Assembly (NCBI GenBank): GCA_902803355.1 | Contig: CADCPP010000141.1 | Coordinates: 1-30,829, forward strand | Length of the DNA: 30,829 nt | DNA from: an uncultured Lachnospiraceae bacterium | Lineage (GTDB): Bacteria > Bacillota > Clostridia > Lachnospirales > Lachnospiraceae | Direction: 5' to 3' | Shown here: positions 1-7,731 of the stretch, one piece after another | Layout: every line of letters begins with the position of its first letter | Numbering within the stretch: position 1 is the stretch's first letter | The notes under the pieces: model-generated | What the model saw: the letters and a program-made list of their open reading frames with translations, nothing else | Told to the model about the DNA's origin: nothing | Databases searched by the model: none | Made by a program: the position numbers and the translations under genes

Positions 1-2
1 CT

Positions 3-74
3 TGGGCTATAGCCAAGCGGTAAGGCACAGGACTTTGACTCCTGCATTCGTTGGTCCGAATCCAACTAGCCCAG
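3..74 (+). tRNA. tRNA-Gln (anticodon TTG)
   Basis: Acceptor stem TGGGCTA(3-9)/TAGCCCA(67-73), with the U1-A72 pair typical of Firmicute tRNA-Gln. Anticodon stem CAGGA/TCCTG with loop CT-TTG-AC. T-stem GTTGG/CCAAC. T-loop reads TCCGAAT, not TTCGAAT. No encoded CCA. Confidence 0.95.
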
Positions 75-117
75 CTGGTCTCGGACAGACGCTTACAGCG
101 CGGCCCGGGGCTGAATC

Positions 118-190
118 GGGCGATTAGCTCAGTCGGTAGAGCACTTGACTTTTAATCAAGTTGTCGGGGGTTCGAATCCCCCATCGCTCA
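118..190 (+). tRNA. tRNA-Lys (anticodon TTT)
   Basis: Acceptor GGGCGAT/ATCGCTC, D-arm GCTC-AGTCGGTA-GAGC, anticodon arm CTTGA-CTTTTAA-TCAAG, T-loop TTCGAAT. No encoded CCA. Confidence 0.97.
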
Positions 191-195
191 CAAAG

Positions 196-223
196 AAAAA
201 CGGCTTCGCTGAGCCGTTTTTTT
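196..223 (+). terminator. Rho-independent terminator after the tRNA pair
   Basis: AAAAACGGCT-TCGCTG-AGCCGTTTTT stem-loop ending in a T7 run. Confidence 0.85.
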
Positions 224-256
224 GTTACCTGGACAGCGAAAGGGCGGAGGATCATG

Positions 257-988
257 ATGAATTATAAACTGACGATACGATATGACGGCAGCCGCTACTT
301 TGGCTGGGAGCGCCAGCCGGGACGCGACACCATTCAGGGAAAGCTGGAAGCGGTGCTGACCGAAATGACCGGGGAAGCAACCGAGGTGATCGGTGCCGGC
401 CGGACGGACGCCGGCGTGCACGCGCGCGCCATGACGGCGAACACGCATCTGAAGACGCAGCTGACGCCGGATGAGATCCGCCGCTACCTTAACCGCTATC
501 TGCCGGATGATATCTGCGTGGACGAGGTAAAGACCGCCGCAGACGGTTTTCACGCCAGATACAAGGCTTCAGGAAAGCTTTACACATACACCTGCTGGTG
601 CGGTGAACTAAAGCCTATTTTTGAGAGAAAATTTCTTACGATTCTGGACAAAGCACCGGATATCGAGCGTATGCGTTCTGCCGCCGCCCTGCTCGTCGGA
701 GAACATGATTTCAAGAGTTTCTGCGGGAATCCGCAGATGAAAAAGTCCACCGTACGGACGGTGGACCAGATAGAGATCCTTCAGAAAAAGGATCGTATTC
801 TTTTCCGCATTCATGGAAACGGTTTTCTGCAGAATATGGTGCGGATCATCGTCGGCACGCTTCTTGAGGTCGGCTTTGGCAAACGCGAGCCGGAAGATAT
901 CCCTGCCATTCTGGAAGCGCGCGACCGAAAGAAGGCCGGCTATACCGCTCCCGCGCAGGGTCTGTGCCTGACAAGGGTGGATTATTAA
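257..988 (+). CDS. truA: tRNA pseudouridine(38-40) synthase TruA
   Basis: YDGSRYFGWERQ, GAGRTDAGVHA (catalytic Asp), FHARY, HDFKSF, GNGFLQNMVRIIVG, TAPAQGL. SD GGAGG at 246-250 favours ATG 257 (ATG 254 possible). The ORF-track start at 161 lies inside tRNA-Lys and is not credible. Confidence 0.95.
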   Translation: MNYKLTIRYDGSRYFGWERQPGRDTIQGKLEAVLTEMTGEATEVIGAGRTDAGVHARAMTANTHLKTQLTPDEIRRYLNRYLPDDICVDEVKTAADGFHARYKASGKLYTYTCWCGELKPIFERKFLTILDKAPDIERMRSAAALLVGEHDFKSFCGNPQMKKSTVRTVDQIEILQKKDRILFRIHGNGFLQNMVRIIVGTLLEVGFGKREPEDIPAILEARDRKKAGYTAPAQGLCLTRVDY

Positions 989-995
989 CTTCCGC

Positions 996-2039
996 TTACC
1001 GGGGAAGTCTGATCTTGTTTCTTCCCCGGAAGGTGTTGTATCTGTCCGGGATCCATTCCGGGCTGATATCCTTTACCGCTTCCGCGGCAGTGATCACCGC
1101 ATCATCATGATCGATATCGATCAGCTGATAGCGGTTATTTCCCATGCCGATCTCTTTCATATAGCTGAGCTGGCGCAGGCCGTGACGCGTCTCGATGCGT
1201 TCGATCATGGCCTTTCCGCCGCCTTCGGGCAGGTTATAGATCAGATCCACACAGGCCGTATCCGCCGCGCAGATATCCAGCGATGCCACGATCCCGATAT
1301 CCGGCGTGACCACAGGTTCCGCTTCGGGACCTTCGCAGTCACAGGAGACCGAAATATTCCGCAGGGTGTTCACGAAGCAGATATGCGGCGCGAAATGATC
1401 GACCACGGACTTGGTGCTCTCGGAAATGCGCTCCATCAGCTCTTCTTCCCCGATGCTCCACATATTGTCGGAGCCCTCGCGCTGGTGGATTTCCTTCTTT
1501 CCCACGCGGCCGTCCGCGCAGCCGATGCCGATGTTCTTGTTGCTGCCGCCGAAGCCGCCCATGGTGTGTCCTTTGAAATGCGTGAGCACCAGCAGGGAAT
1601 CATAATTCAGCAGATTCTTTCCCACATGCATTTCCGTAAACCACTTGCCGCCCTTTACCGGCAGCGCGGCTACACCGTTCTCATCCGTAATATCCACCGG
1701 GCAGAAGTTCCAGCCGTTGATCTCCAGCGTCTTTCGGTGTTCTTCGGTGGTATAGCGGGTCCCGTAATAGAAGGTGTTCGTTTCAACGATGGAAGCCTCC
1801 GGGAGCCTGTCCGCGATCAGCTGTCTGATCCAGGGCCGCGGCAGGATGTTGGGGCCTTCCGCTTCGCCGGTATGCAGCTTGATGGCCACCTTGCCGGTCA
1901 GGACAGAGGCGACGCGGTCATAGATCTTTTTCAGGCCTTCTTCAGACAGATCGCGGGTGAAAAACACCACGGATTCTGCCCCGTCTCTTTTTTCATAGGG
2001 GACATACACATTGCCGTTCTTTCCGGGTTCAGGTCTCAT
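996..2039 (-). CDS. DUF362 domain-containing protein (putative metal/Fe-S protein)
   Basis: Motifs IKLHTGEAEG, VETNTFY..R, THFKGH..GGFGGSNKNIGIG, NISVSCDCE, DICAADTA. No CxxCxxCxxxC ferredoxin insert. Start ATG 2039 with SD GGAGGAG at 2047-2053, overlapping the upstream stop by 11 nt. Confidence 0.75.
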   Translation of the reverse strand: MRPEPGKNGNVYVPYEKRDGAESVVFFTRDLSEEGLKKIYDRVASVLTGKVAIKLHTGEAEGPNILPRPWIRQLIADRLPEASIVETNTFYYGTRYTTEEHRKTLEINGWNFCPVDITDENGVAALPVKGGKWFTEMHVGKNLLNYDSLLVLTHFKGHTMGGFGGSNKNIGIGCADGRVGKKEIHQREGSDNMWSIGEEELMERISESTKSVVDHFAPHICFVNTLRNISVSCDCEGPEAEPVVTPDIGIVASLDICAADTACVDLIYNLPEGGGKAMIERIETRHGLRQLSYMKEIGMGNNRYQLIDIDHDDAVITAAEAVKDISPEWIPDRYNTFRGRNKIRLPR

Positions 2040-4449
2040 TCTTCGTCTCCTCCGCAGTTTCTTCCGGAAGCGTTTCGTCCACGCTTTCCTCCGTGCTCTC
2101 TTCGCTTGCTTCCGGCACTTCTTCCTCCTCGCCCAGCCAGTGGATATCTGCCGCATCCTTCAGGAAATAGCAGCTGTAATCCGCAAACAGGGCGGGATTG
2201 ATGGTCAGGTTGTAGGAATAGTCGTACATGGCCGCCTCAAGCTTCGTTGAGAAGACAAAGGCGCTGTAGCTGGGAGATCCGCTGTAGTTGCCGTAGACCG
2301 GCTGCTGATACAGTTCCTCCTGCAGGGTCTCGATGGAGCCCAGCGAACCGTTCAGGAAGAAGCCGCAGCGGGAAAGGCTGCTGTTGCTCTTCAGATACGG
2401 CCCCAGGAAATCCGTAAAGTCGCTCGGGGTAGTCCCGAACCAGTTGATCACGAGCGGCATGTAATAATAGTCGCCGACCTTTGTGACGATATACTTATCA
2501 TCCGGCGAACTGATATTCTTATCGTTGTCGCTGATGACCTCAGCCGGAATCCTCTTATAGCGCACGCCGCTGCTGTAGGCCGCGCCGCTGCGGTCATAGA
2601 CCCAGCCGCCTTCCTCAAGCAGACGGATCGCTTCCTGTTCGGAGGGCTTATAGGCATTCAGCTTCATGCCCTGCGCAACGGCTGATCTATACATCCAGGC
2701 GCCTTCATAGTAAGGACCGTCTACCGCCTTGCCGTGCTCTCCGGTAAAATCACTCGCGATATCGCTGCGGTCGAGCAGGTAGGCCAGAGCCCTGCGCACT
2801 TCGGTAAACTGGACCGGCCCGTAATCGCAGCGGAAGCCGATCTTTCCGTAACCGGCGCGAATGTACGTGAACGAGTCCAGTCTGGAGGAGAAGCGCTCAA
2901 CGTTCTTCAGCGCTTCCGCGATCGCCGAATCACCCGAGATGCCGCCCACAAAATCGAGGGAGCCGTTGCTCATCGCGACCATCTCGCCTTCCGCATCCAG
3001 GACCTTATAGGTCACCTTGCCGATGGAAGGCTTCGTTCCTTCATAATTGCCCTTGAAATGGATGTTGCGCGATAAGACGGCCTCACCGCTGTTTGTATCG
3101 AAAGAAAGGAGAAAATACGGCCCGGAATACGGATATTCCGCATAGGCTTTGCCGGACGTGTCCGTCGCCGCCATCTTGATCTGAGCTGCCGTCACATAAG
3201 CGCCGCTCTCATTCTTTGCGTAGAAATCATCCGTCAGATAGCAGCCTTCGCCGTCATCTTTGATCTCCGCATTACCAAGCCACATGGATGCGTAGTAGGG
3301 CTGCAGGGAGATCATGGCCAGATCATAGAACGACGGCAGATACTCCTTCTTCACTGTCTGCGAGAAGGTGTATTCGTCGATAAGATGAAAGCCCGTAAAG
3401 ACCTTGCTGCCGCCTTCCGCACCGGGACCGGTGTAGGCCAGATAATCCTCCCAGCCCAGATAAATGGCGCCGGAATCCTGACGGCCGGAAGCCGCTTCGC
3501 CCAGAGGGCTGAAAAAGACCATGGGGAAGGCCAGATAATCCTTCGCGGTGATGGCGCTGCCATCCGAGAATTTCAGATCATCCCAGAGCGTGATCGTGTA
3601 GGTCACGGAACCGTCTTCATTCTGGGTCTCCGTGTGCTGCTTCACCACCGTATCATTCCAGGTATAGCCCGCGTCCTTGGTGCGGGAGACGGTCTCCAGA
3701 CCGCTCAGCAGCTGTCCGATCTCCTTATCCGCCACATTGGTCGCAGCATTGCCGTAGGAAGCGTAGCGGAACTGACCGGCCGCTTTCGTGGTGTTGCCGA
3801 TGATGATCGATCCATTGGAGGAGGACCATTCCACGAGGGCATCCAGCACGGACCAGCTGGCCGTCACCGGGTGCTTGTCTATGCCGCTCAGTTTCTTGTT
3901 GTAGACGCAGAGGTACTCGTTCGTGTAGAGCGGGATCTCCGGCAGCAGATAGTTCCAGCGGGTAACGTACAGCCTCCACCAGGCGGCGTAAACGTCTTCC
4001 TTCGTCTTATAGTCTCCTGCGGGCTGGGTATTGCCGACCATGGCCATGGACAGGAAATCAAGACCGAGTTCATAGCGCTTTCCGTTCACTTCAATGTACG
4101 CAAAGCCGGTCTCCGGATCTTCGATCACATCGGCAATAGTGATGTCCCGGCCAAAGCTCTCATAAAGAGATTCATAATCCTTGCCGTAGGTATAATGACC
4201 AAGGACCATCGGCGCGAATTCGCTGTCTTTGTACACATCCATCGGATCCGGCTCCGCCTCGGTCGTTTCCTCGGGCGTGGTCTCTTCGGTCGTCTCCTCT
4301 TCCGTCGTCTCTTCTTTCGTGGTGACCGCTTCGGTGGTGGTTTCCGCCTCCGTTGTGGTCGCCTCGGTCGTTTCAGGCGTCTTGCCGGCACAGGCGGCCA
4401 GCTGGACGAGCAGCAGCATCGAGAGGAATATCGCAATGAATTTCTTCAT
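2029..4449 (-). CDS. Family-5 (oligopeptide/nickel-type) ABC substrate-binding lipoprotein, apparently circularly permuted
   Basis: Lipobox LAAC at residue 20, T/E-rich linker, family-5 motifs TYTITLWDDLKFSDGSAITAKDY, PYSGPY, EVRRALAYLLDR, LLEEGGW. SD AAAGGAG at 4455-4461. Confidence 0.85.
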   Translation of the reverse strand: MKKFIAIFLSMLLLVQLAACAGKTPETTEATTTEAETTTEAVTTKEETTEEETTEETTPEETTEAEPDPMDVYKDSEFAPMVLGHYTYGKDYESLYESFGRDITIADVIEDPETGFAYIEVNGKRYELGLDFLSMAMVGNTQPAGDYKTKEDVYAAWWRLYVTRWNYLLPEIPLYTNEYLCVYNKKLSGIDKHPVTASWSVLDALVEWSSSNGSIIIGNTTKAAGQFRYASYGNAATNVADKEIGQLLSGLETVSRTKDAGYTWNDTVVKQHTETQNEDGSVTYTITLWDDLKFSDGSAITAKDYLAFPMVFFSPLGEAASGRQDSGAIYLGWEDYLAYTGPGAEGGSKVFTGFHLIDEYTFSQTVKKEYLPSFYDLAMISLQPYYASMWLGNAEIKDDGEGCYLTDDFYAKNESGAYVTAAQIKMAATDTSGKAYAEYPYSGPYFLLSFDTNSGEAVLSRNIHFKGNYEGTKPSIGKVTYKVLDAEGEMVAMSNGSLDFVGGISGDSAIAEALKNVERFSSRLDSFTYIRAGYGKIGFRCDYGPVQFTEVRRALAYLLDRSDIASDFTGEHGKAVDGPYYEGAWMYRSAVAQGMKLNAYKPSEQEAIRLLEEGGWVYDRSGAAYSSGVRYKRIPAEVISDNDKNISSPDDKYIVTKVGDYYYMPLVINWFGTTPSDFTDFLGPYLKSNSSLSRCGFFLNGSLGSIETLQEELYQQPVYGNYSGSPSYSAFVFSTKLEAAMYDYSYNLTINPALFADYSCYFLKDAADIHWLGEEEEVPEASEESTEESVDETLPEETAEETKNET
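4249..4380 (-). repeat. Low-complexity Thr/Glu linker (ETTE-like repeats) after the lipoprotein Cys
   Basis: TPETTEATTTEAETTTEAVTTKEETTEEETTEETTPEETTEAEP. Confidence 0.8.
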
Positions 4450-4494
4450 GGCATCTCCTTTATACGGGCATCAGCCCGCGTTTATTGAAATGAT

Positions 4495-4523
4495 ATTGTA
4501 ACACAGGAAGCGGAAGATGTAAA
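4495..4523 (-). promoter_or_regulatory. Sigma-A promoter for the SBP-DUF362 unit
   Basis: Minus strand TTTACA (4523-4518), 17 nt spacer, TGt-TACAAT (4500-4495), an extended -10. Confidence 0.7.
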
Positions 4524-4539
4524 GGAGTACAGCCAAGTA

Positions 4540-4580
4540 CAGGCGCGGAAGTCCGCCGAAGCGGTCATCTTCCACGCCTG
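4540..4580 (-). terminator. GC-rich hairpin after the fused oppD/F (terminator or 3' stabiliser)
   Basis: Minus strand CAGGCGTGGAAG-ATGA-CCGC-TTCG-GCGG-A-CTTCCGCGCCTG with a C(UUCG)G tetraloop. The T-run is on the plus side only. Confidence 0.55.
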
Positions 4581-4599
4581 TCTTTTTCGTCAGGATCAA

Positions 4600-6663
4600 T
4601 TATAATCCGAGTTCCTTCCTGTATCCATCGATCTCAGGAGAGTTGCCGTAGATGAAGTGGCCGGGCAGGATCTCGACCCATTTCGGCCCTTCCTTCTCGT
4701 AGTGATGGACAGAAGGATCGTATACCAAAAGCTTCTTGCTCCGCTCCACATAAGGGTTCGGATTGGGCACTGCCGACAGAAGCGCCTTGGTGTAAGGGTG
4801 CAGCGGATGCGCGAACAGCTCCTCCGCCTCAGCCAGCTCCACGATGCGGCCCTTGTGAATGACGGCGATGCGGTCCGAAATGAAGCGGACCACGCTTAAG
4901 TCGTGAGCAATGAACAAATAGGTCAGCCCGCGGCTCTTCTTCAGATCGTTCAGCAGGTTCAGCACCTGAGCACGGATGGACACGTCCAGTGCGGAGATCG
5001 GCTCGTCCGCCACGATGAACTCGGGTTCCATGATCAGGCTTCGGGCAATGCCGATACGCTGCCGCTGTCCGCCGGAGAACTCATGAGGGAAGCGGCTGGA
5101 GAACTCAGTCAGCAGGCCCACTTCCTGCAGTGCCTTCTGCACCTTCTCCTGGCGGTCCTGCTCATCCTTGTACAGATGATAGTTGAGCAGGCCTTCCGAT
5201 ACGATATAGTCCACCATGGCGCGTTCATTCAGAGATGCCATGGGATCCTGGAAGATCATCTGCATGGAACGGATCACCTTGGTATCCATCTCACGGCTGA
5301 TCTTTCCGCTGATCCGCTCGCCCTTGAAGAGGACTTCCCCGCTGGTGATCGGGTTGATGCGGACGATGGCACGGCCGATGGTCGTTTTGCCGCTGCCGCT
5401 CTCACCCACCAGAGCGAAGGTCTCGCCCTTATAGATCTCAAAGTTGACATCGTCTACAGCCACAAATTTGCGGCGGCCCGTACCGAACGTGACCTGCATA
5501 TTTTTGACTTCGATCAGCGTTTCCCGGTTGGGATCCAGATGAGGATGGTAGGCATTCGGATCCGTTCCTTTGCTGCTCAGATTCATCTCTGACAGGCGCT
5601 GGATGGATTTGGGTTGTTCTACCTTGGGCGCGCGGTGATCGCGGAGCCAGGACTTCACGGTATGCGTGCCCGTCACCTCGTACATGGGCGGTTCTTCCAG
5701 GAAATCGATGTTCAGGGCGTGCTTGTTGCGCGGTGCGAATGCGTCGCCCTGGATCTTGTTGAACAGACTGGGCGGGGTGCCGTCGATAGCCGGCAGCTTT
5801 TCGCCCTTCACGCCCAGCTGCGGCAGAGCGGACAGCAAAGCCCAGGTATACGGATGCTGGGGATCAAAGAACACTTCATTGGCCATGCCGATCTCAATGA
5901 TCTGGCCGCCGTACATGACCGCCACACGGTCTGCCACATTGGCTACCACGCCCAGGTCGTGCGTGATATAAATGATGGTCATGTTCTGTTCTTTCTGCAG
6001 GCGGCGGATCAGGTCCAGGATCTGCGCCTGAATGGTCACGTCCAGAGCGGTCGTCGGCTCATCGCAGATCAGGATCTGAGGACGGCACGCCACGGCAATG
6101 GCAATGACCACCCTCTGACGCATGCCGCCGGAGAACTCGTGCGGATACTGTTTGTAACGGCGCTGCGGATCCGGAATGCCGACCGCTTCCAGGATGCGGT
6201 AGACTTCTTCTCTGGCCGCCCTGCCTCTCAGACCCTGGTGCAGCTCCACGCTTTCCTGGATCTGGAAGCCGATGGTCTTTAAGGGGTTCAGGCTGGTCAT
6301 GGGGTCCTGCGTCACCATGGCGATCTTCTTGCCGCGGATACGCAGCCAGTCTTTTTCCGTAAACTGAGTCAGATCTTCTCCGTCATACATGATGGAGCCG
6401 TTGGTGATGCTGCCGTTCTTATCCAGCATGCCTACGAAACATTTGGTAAATACGCTCTTTCCGCTGCCGGATTCCCCCACGATGGCAAGGGTTTCTCCCT
6501 CATACAGGTCCAGGGAAGTGCGGCGGATGGCGACCAGCTTTTTCCCGCGAAGAGAGAAGGTCACTTCCACATCACGGGCAGACAGAAGCGGTTCCTGCGC
6601 CAGGATCTTTTTGGCGCGTTCGCTGAAATCGGTCTCATGCAGCTTATTCACAGCTTCACTCAT
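4600..6663 (-). CDS. Fused oligopeptide ABC ATPase (OppD-OppF in one polypeptide)
   Basis: Two complete NBDs: [29 protein letters not shown] and [29 protein letters not shown], each followed by an HPYT oligopeptide-ATPase tail. SD AAAGGAG. Confidence 0.93.
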   Translation of the reverse strand: MSEAVNKLHETDFSERAKKILAQEPLLSARDVEVTFSLRGKKLVAIRRTSLDLYEGETLAIVGESGSGKSVFTKCFVGMLDKNGSITNGSIMYDGEDLTQFTEKDWLRIRGKKIAMVTQDPMTSLNPLKTIGFQIQESVELHQGLRGRAAREEVYRILEAVGIPDPQRRYKQYPHEFSGGMRQRVVIAIAVACRPQILICDEPTTALDVTIQAQILDLIRRLQKEQNMTIIYITHDLGVVANVADRVAVMYGGQIIEIGMANEVFFDPQHPYTWALLSALPQLGVKGEKLPAIDGTPPSLFNKIQGDAFAPRNKHALNIDFLEEPPMYEVTGTHTVKSWLRDHRAPKVEQPKSIQRLSEMNLSSKGTDPNAYHPHLDPNRETLIEVKNMQVTFGTGRRKFVAVDDVNFEIYKGETFALVGESGSGKTTIGRAIVRINPITSGEVLFKGERISGKISREMDTKVIRSMQMIFQDPMASLNERAMVDYIVSEGLLNYHLYKDEQDRQEKVQKALQEVGLLTEFSSRFPHEFSGGQRQRIGIARSLIMEPEFIVADEPISALDVSIRAQVLNLLNDLKKSRGLTYLFIAHDLSVVRFISDRIAVIHKGRIVELAEAEELFAHPLHPYTKALLSAVPNPNPYVERSKKLLVYDPSVHHYEKEGPKWVEILPGHFIYGNSPEIDGYRKELGL

Positions 6664-6678
6664 CTTCCGCGCCCTCCT

Positions 6679-7731
6679 TTACACATGGTTCCGCGGGTCG
6701 CACGCGTCAGAGAACGCGTTCCCCACCAGATAGAACGTAATGGTAATGATCGATACAATAGCTGCCGGGAACCACAGCGTATACGCGGCACGCGGGAACA
6801 CGGCACGGGCGGCGGCCAGCAGGATGCCCAGGGAAGGCACCATAATATCCATCAGGCCCAGATAGGTAAGCGTGGTCTCGTAGGCGATCGTATTGGGGAT
6901 CGCCAGCGCAAGACGCAGGATGATCACGCTGACCAGATACGGGAAGATATTCCTGAACAGGATCCGGCCCAGTTTCGTTCCCAGGCAGCGGGAAGCCAGG
7001 TTGTACTCCCGGTCGCGGTACATGAACACCAGGTTTCGGACGTTCCTGGCCGTGGCAAGCCAGCCGAAGCCTACCATGGCGATGCCCATGGTCACCATCG
7101 TCTTGCCTACCATCAGCGCGATCAGGGTCATGTAGATGATGGTCGGGACGTTATCGATCAGGTTGTAAAGCTCCGTAAAGAAACGGTCAAGCTTTCTCAC
7201 ATAGCCCCAGATCAGGCCGATGATCACGCCCAGCGTGATCTGGCCGAGGGAAACCAACACGGCAAGCAGGATGGATGCCCTGGTGGCGTACCACACCTGT
7301 GCCCAGTAGTCCTGACCGATGGCGTTGGTGCCGAACCAGAACTCGCTGTTCGGGCTGATATACATGCGGTTTAACGGGTCAGGCGCCATATGGATATCAT
7401 ATTTGCCGATGGCGCTCGCAATGAAGGTAAAGATGAACAGCAGGATGAAGATGATGGACATGATCACTGCCGGTCTCTTTTTCAGGAAGTTTGCCCAGAC
7501 GCTCTTCCAGTAAGAATAGTTGGAATAGCCGATCTTTTCCGCTTCCTGCGCGTTGTACTGAGCAAATTCAAAGAGCTGGTCCTCCGGCATCTGGCTGCGG
7601 GACTTCGGGTATTCCCGCCCCTTCGGCCTTTCTTTGCCGGGGTCCGTATCTACCTTCTCGGGATTGACCGTCATGTTGACGACGGGCGCTTCCGCCTCCT
7701 GAACTGTTTTCTTGTGTTCGCGGTTATCCAT
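6679..7731 (-). CDS. oppC: Oligopeptide ABC permease OppC (AmiD-like)
   Basis: YSYWKSVWANFLKKRPA N-terminus, FGTNAIGQDYW, EAA-loop REYNLASRCLG...ILFRNIFP, DACDPR end. TAATG overlap with oppB. Confidence 0.9.
   Translation of the reverse strand: MDNREHKKTVQEAEAPVVNMTVNPEKVDTDPGKERPKGREYPKSRSQMPEDQLFEFAQYNAQEAEKIGYSNYSYWKSVWANFLKKRPAVIMSIIFILLFIFTFIASAIGKYDIHMAPDPLNRMYISPNSEFWFGTNAIGQDYWAQVWYATRASILLAVLVSLGQITLGVIIGLIWGYVRKLDRFFTELYNLIDNVPTIIYMTLIALMVGKTMVTMGIAMVGFGWLATARNVRNLVFMYRDREYNLASRCLGTKLGRILFRNIFPYLVSVIILRLALAIPNTIAYETTLTYLGLMDIMVPSLGILLAAARAVFPRAAYTLWFPAAIVSIITITFYLVGNAFSDACDPRNHV

Noticed and set aside
118-230. tRNA 3' ends as an integration site (att) for an island
   Set aside because: No integrase or transposase in the window, and I saw no duplicated tRNA 3' fragment. 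The downstream gene is housekeeping.
161-256. N-terminal extensions in the ORF track (truA from 161; also starts at 2156, 11281, 21046 and 26941)
   Set aside because: They run through tRNA, promoter or neighbouring-gene sequence. Downstream ATGs have clear SD sites and match family N-termini.
988-1008. Terminator between the convergent truA and DUF362 genes
   Set aside because: Only a 6-bp stem (ACTTCC/GGAAGT) without U-tracts; too weak to call.
5600-5800. [4Fe-4S]-binding C-terminal extension in the OppD domains
   Set aside because: Both OppD tails read [13 protein letters not shown]...PP without the Cys ligands of Fe-S-type DppD/OppD.
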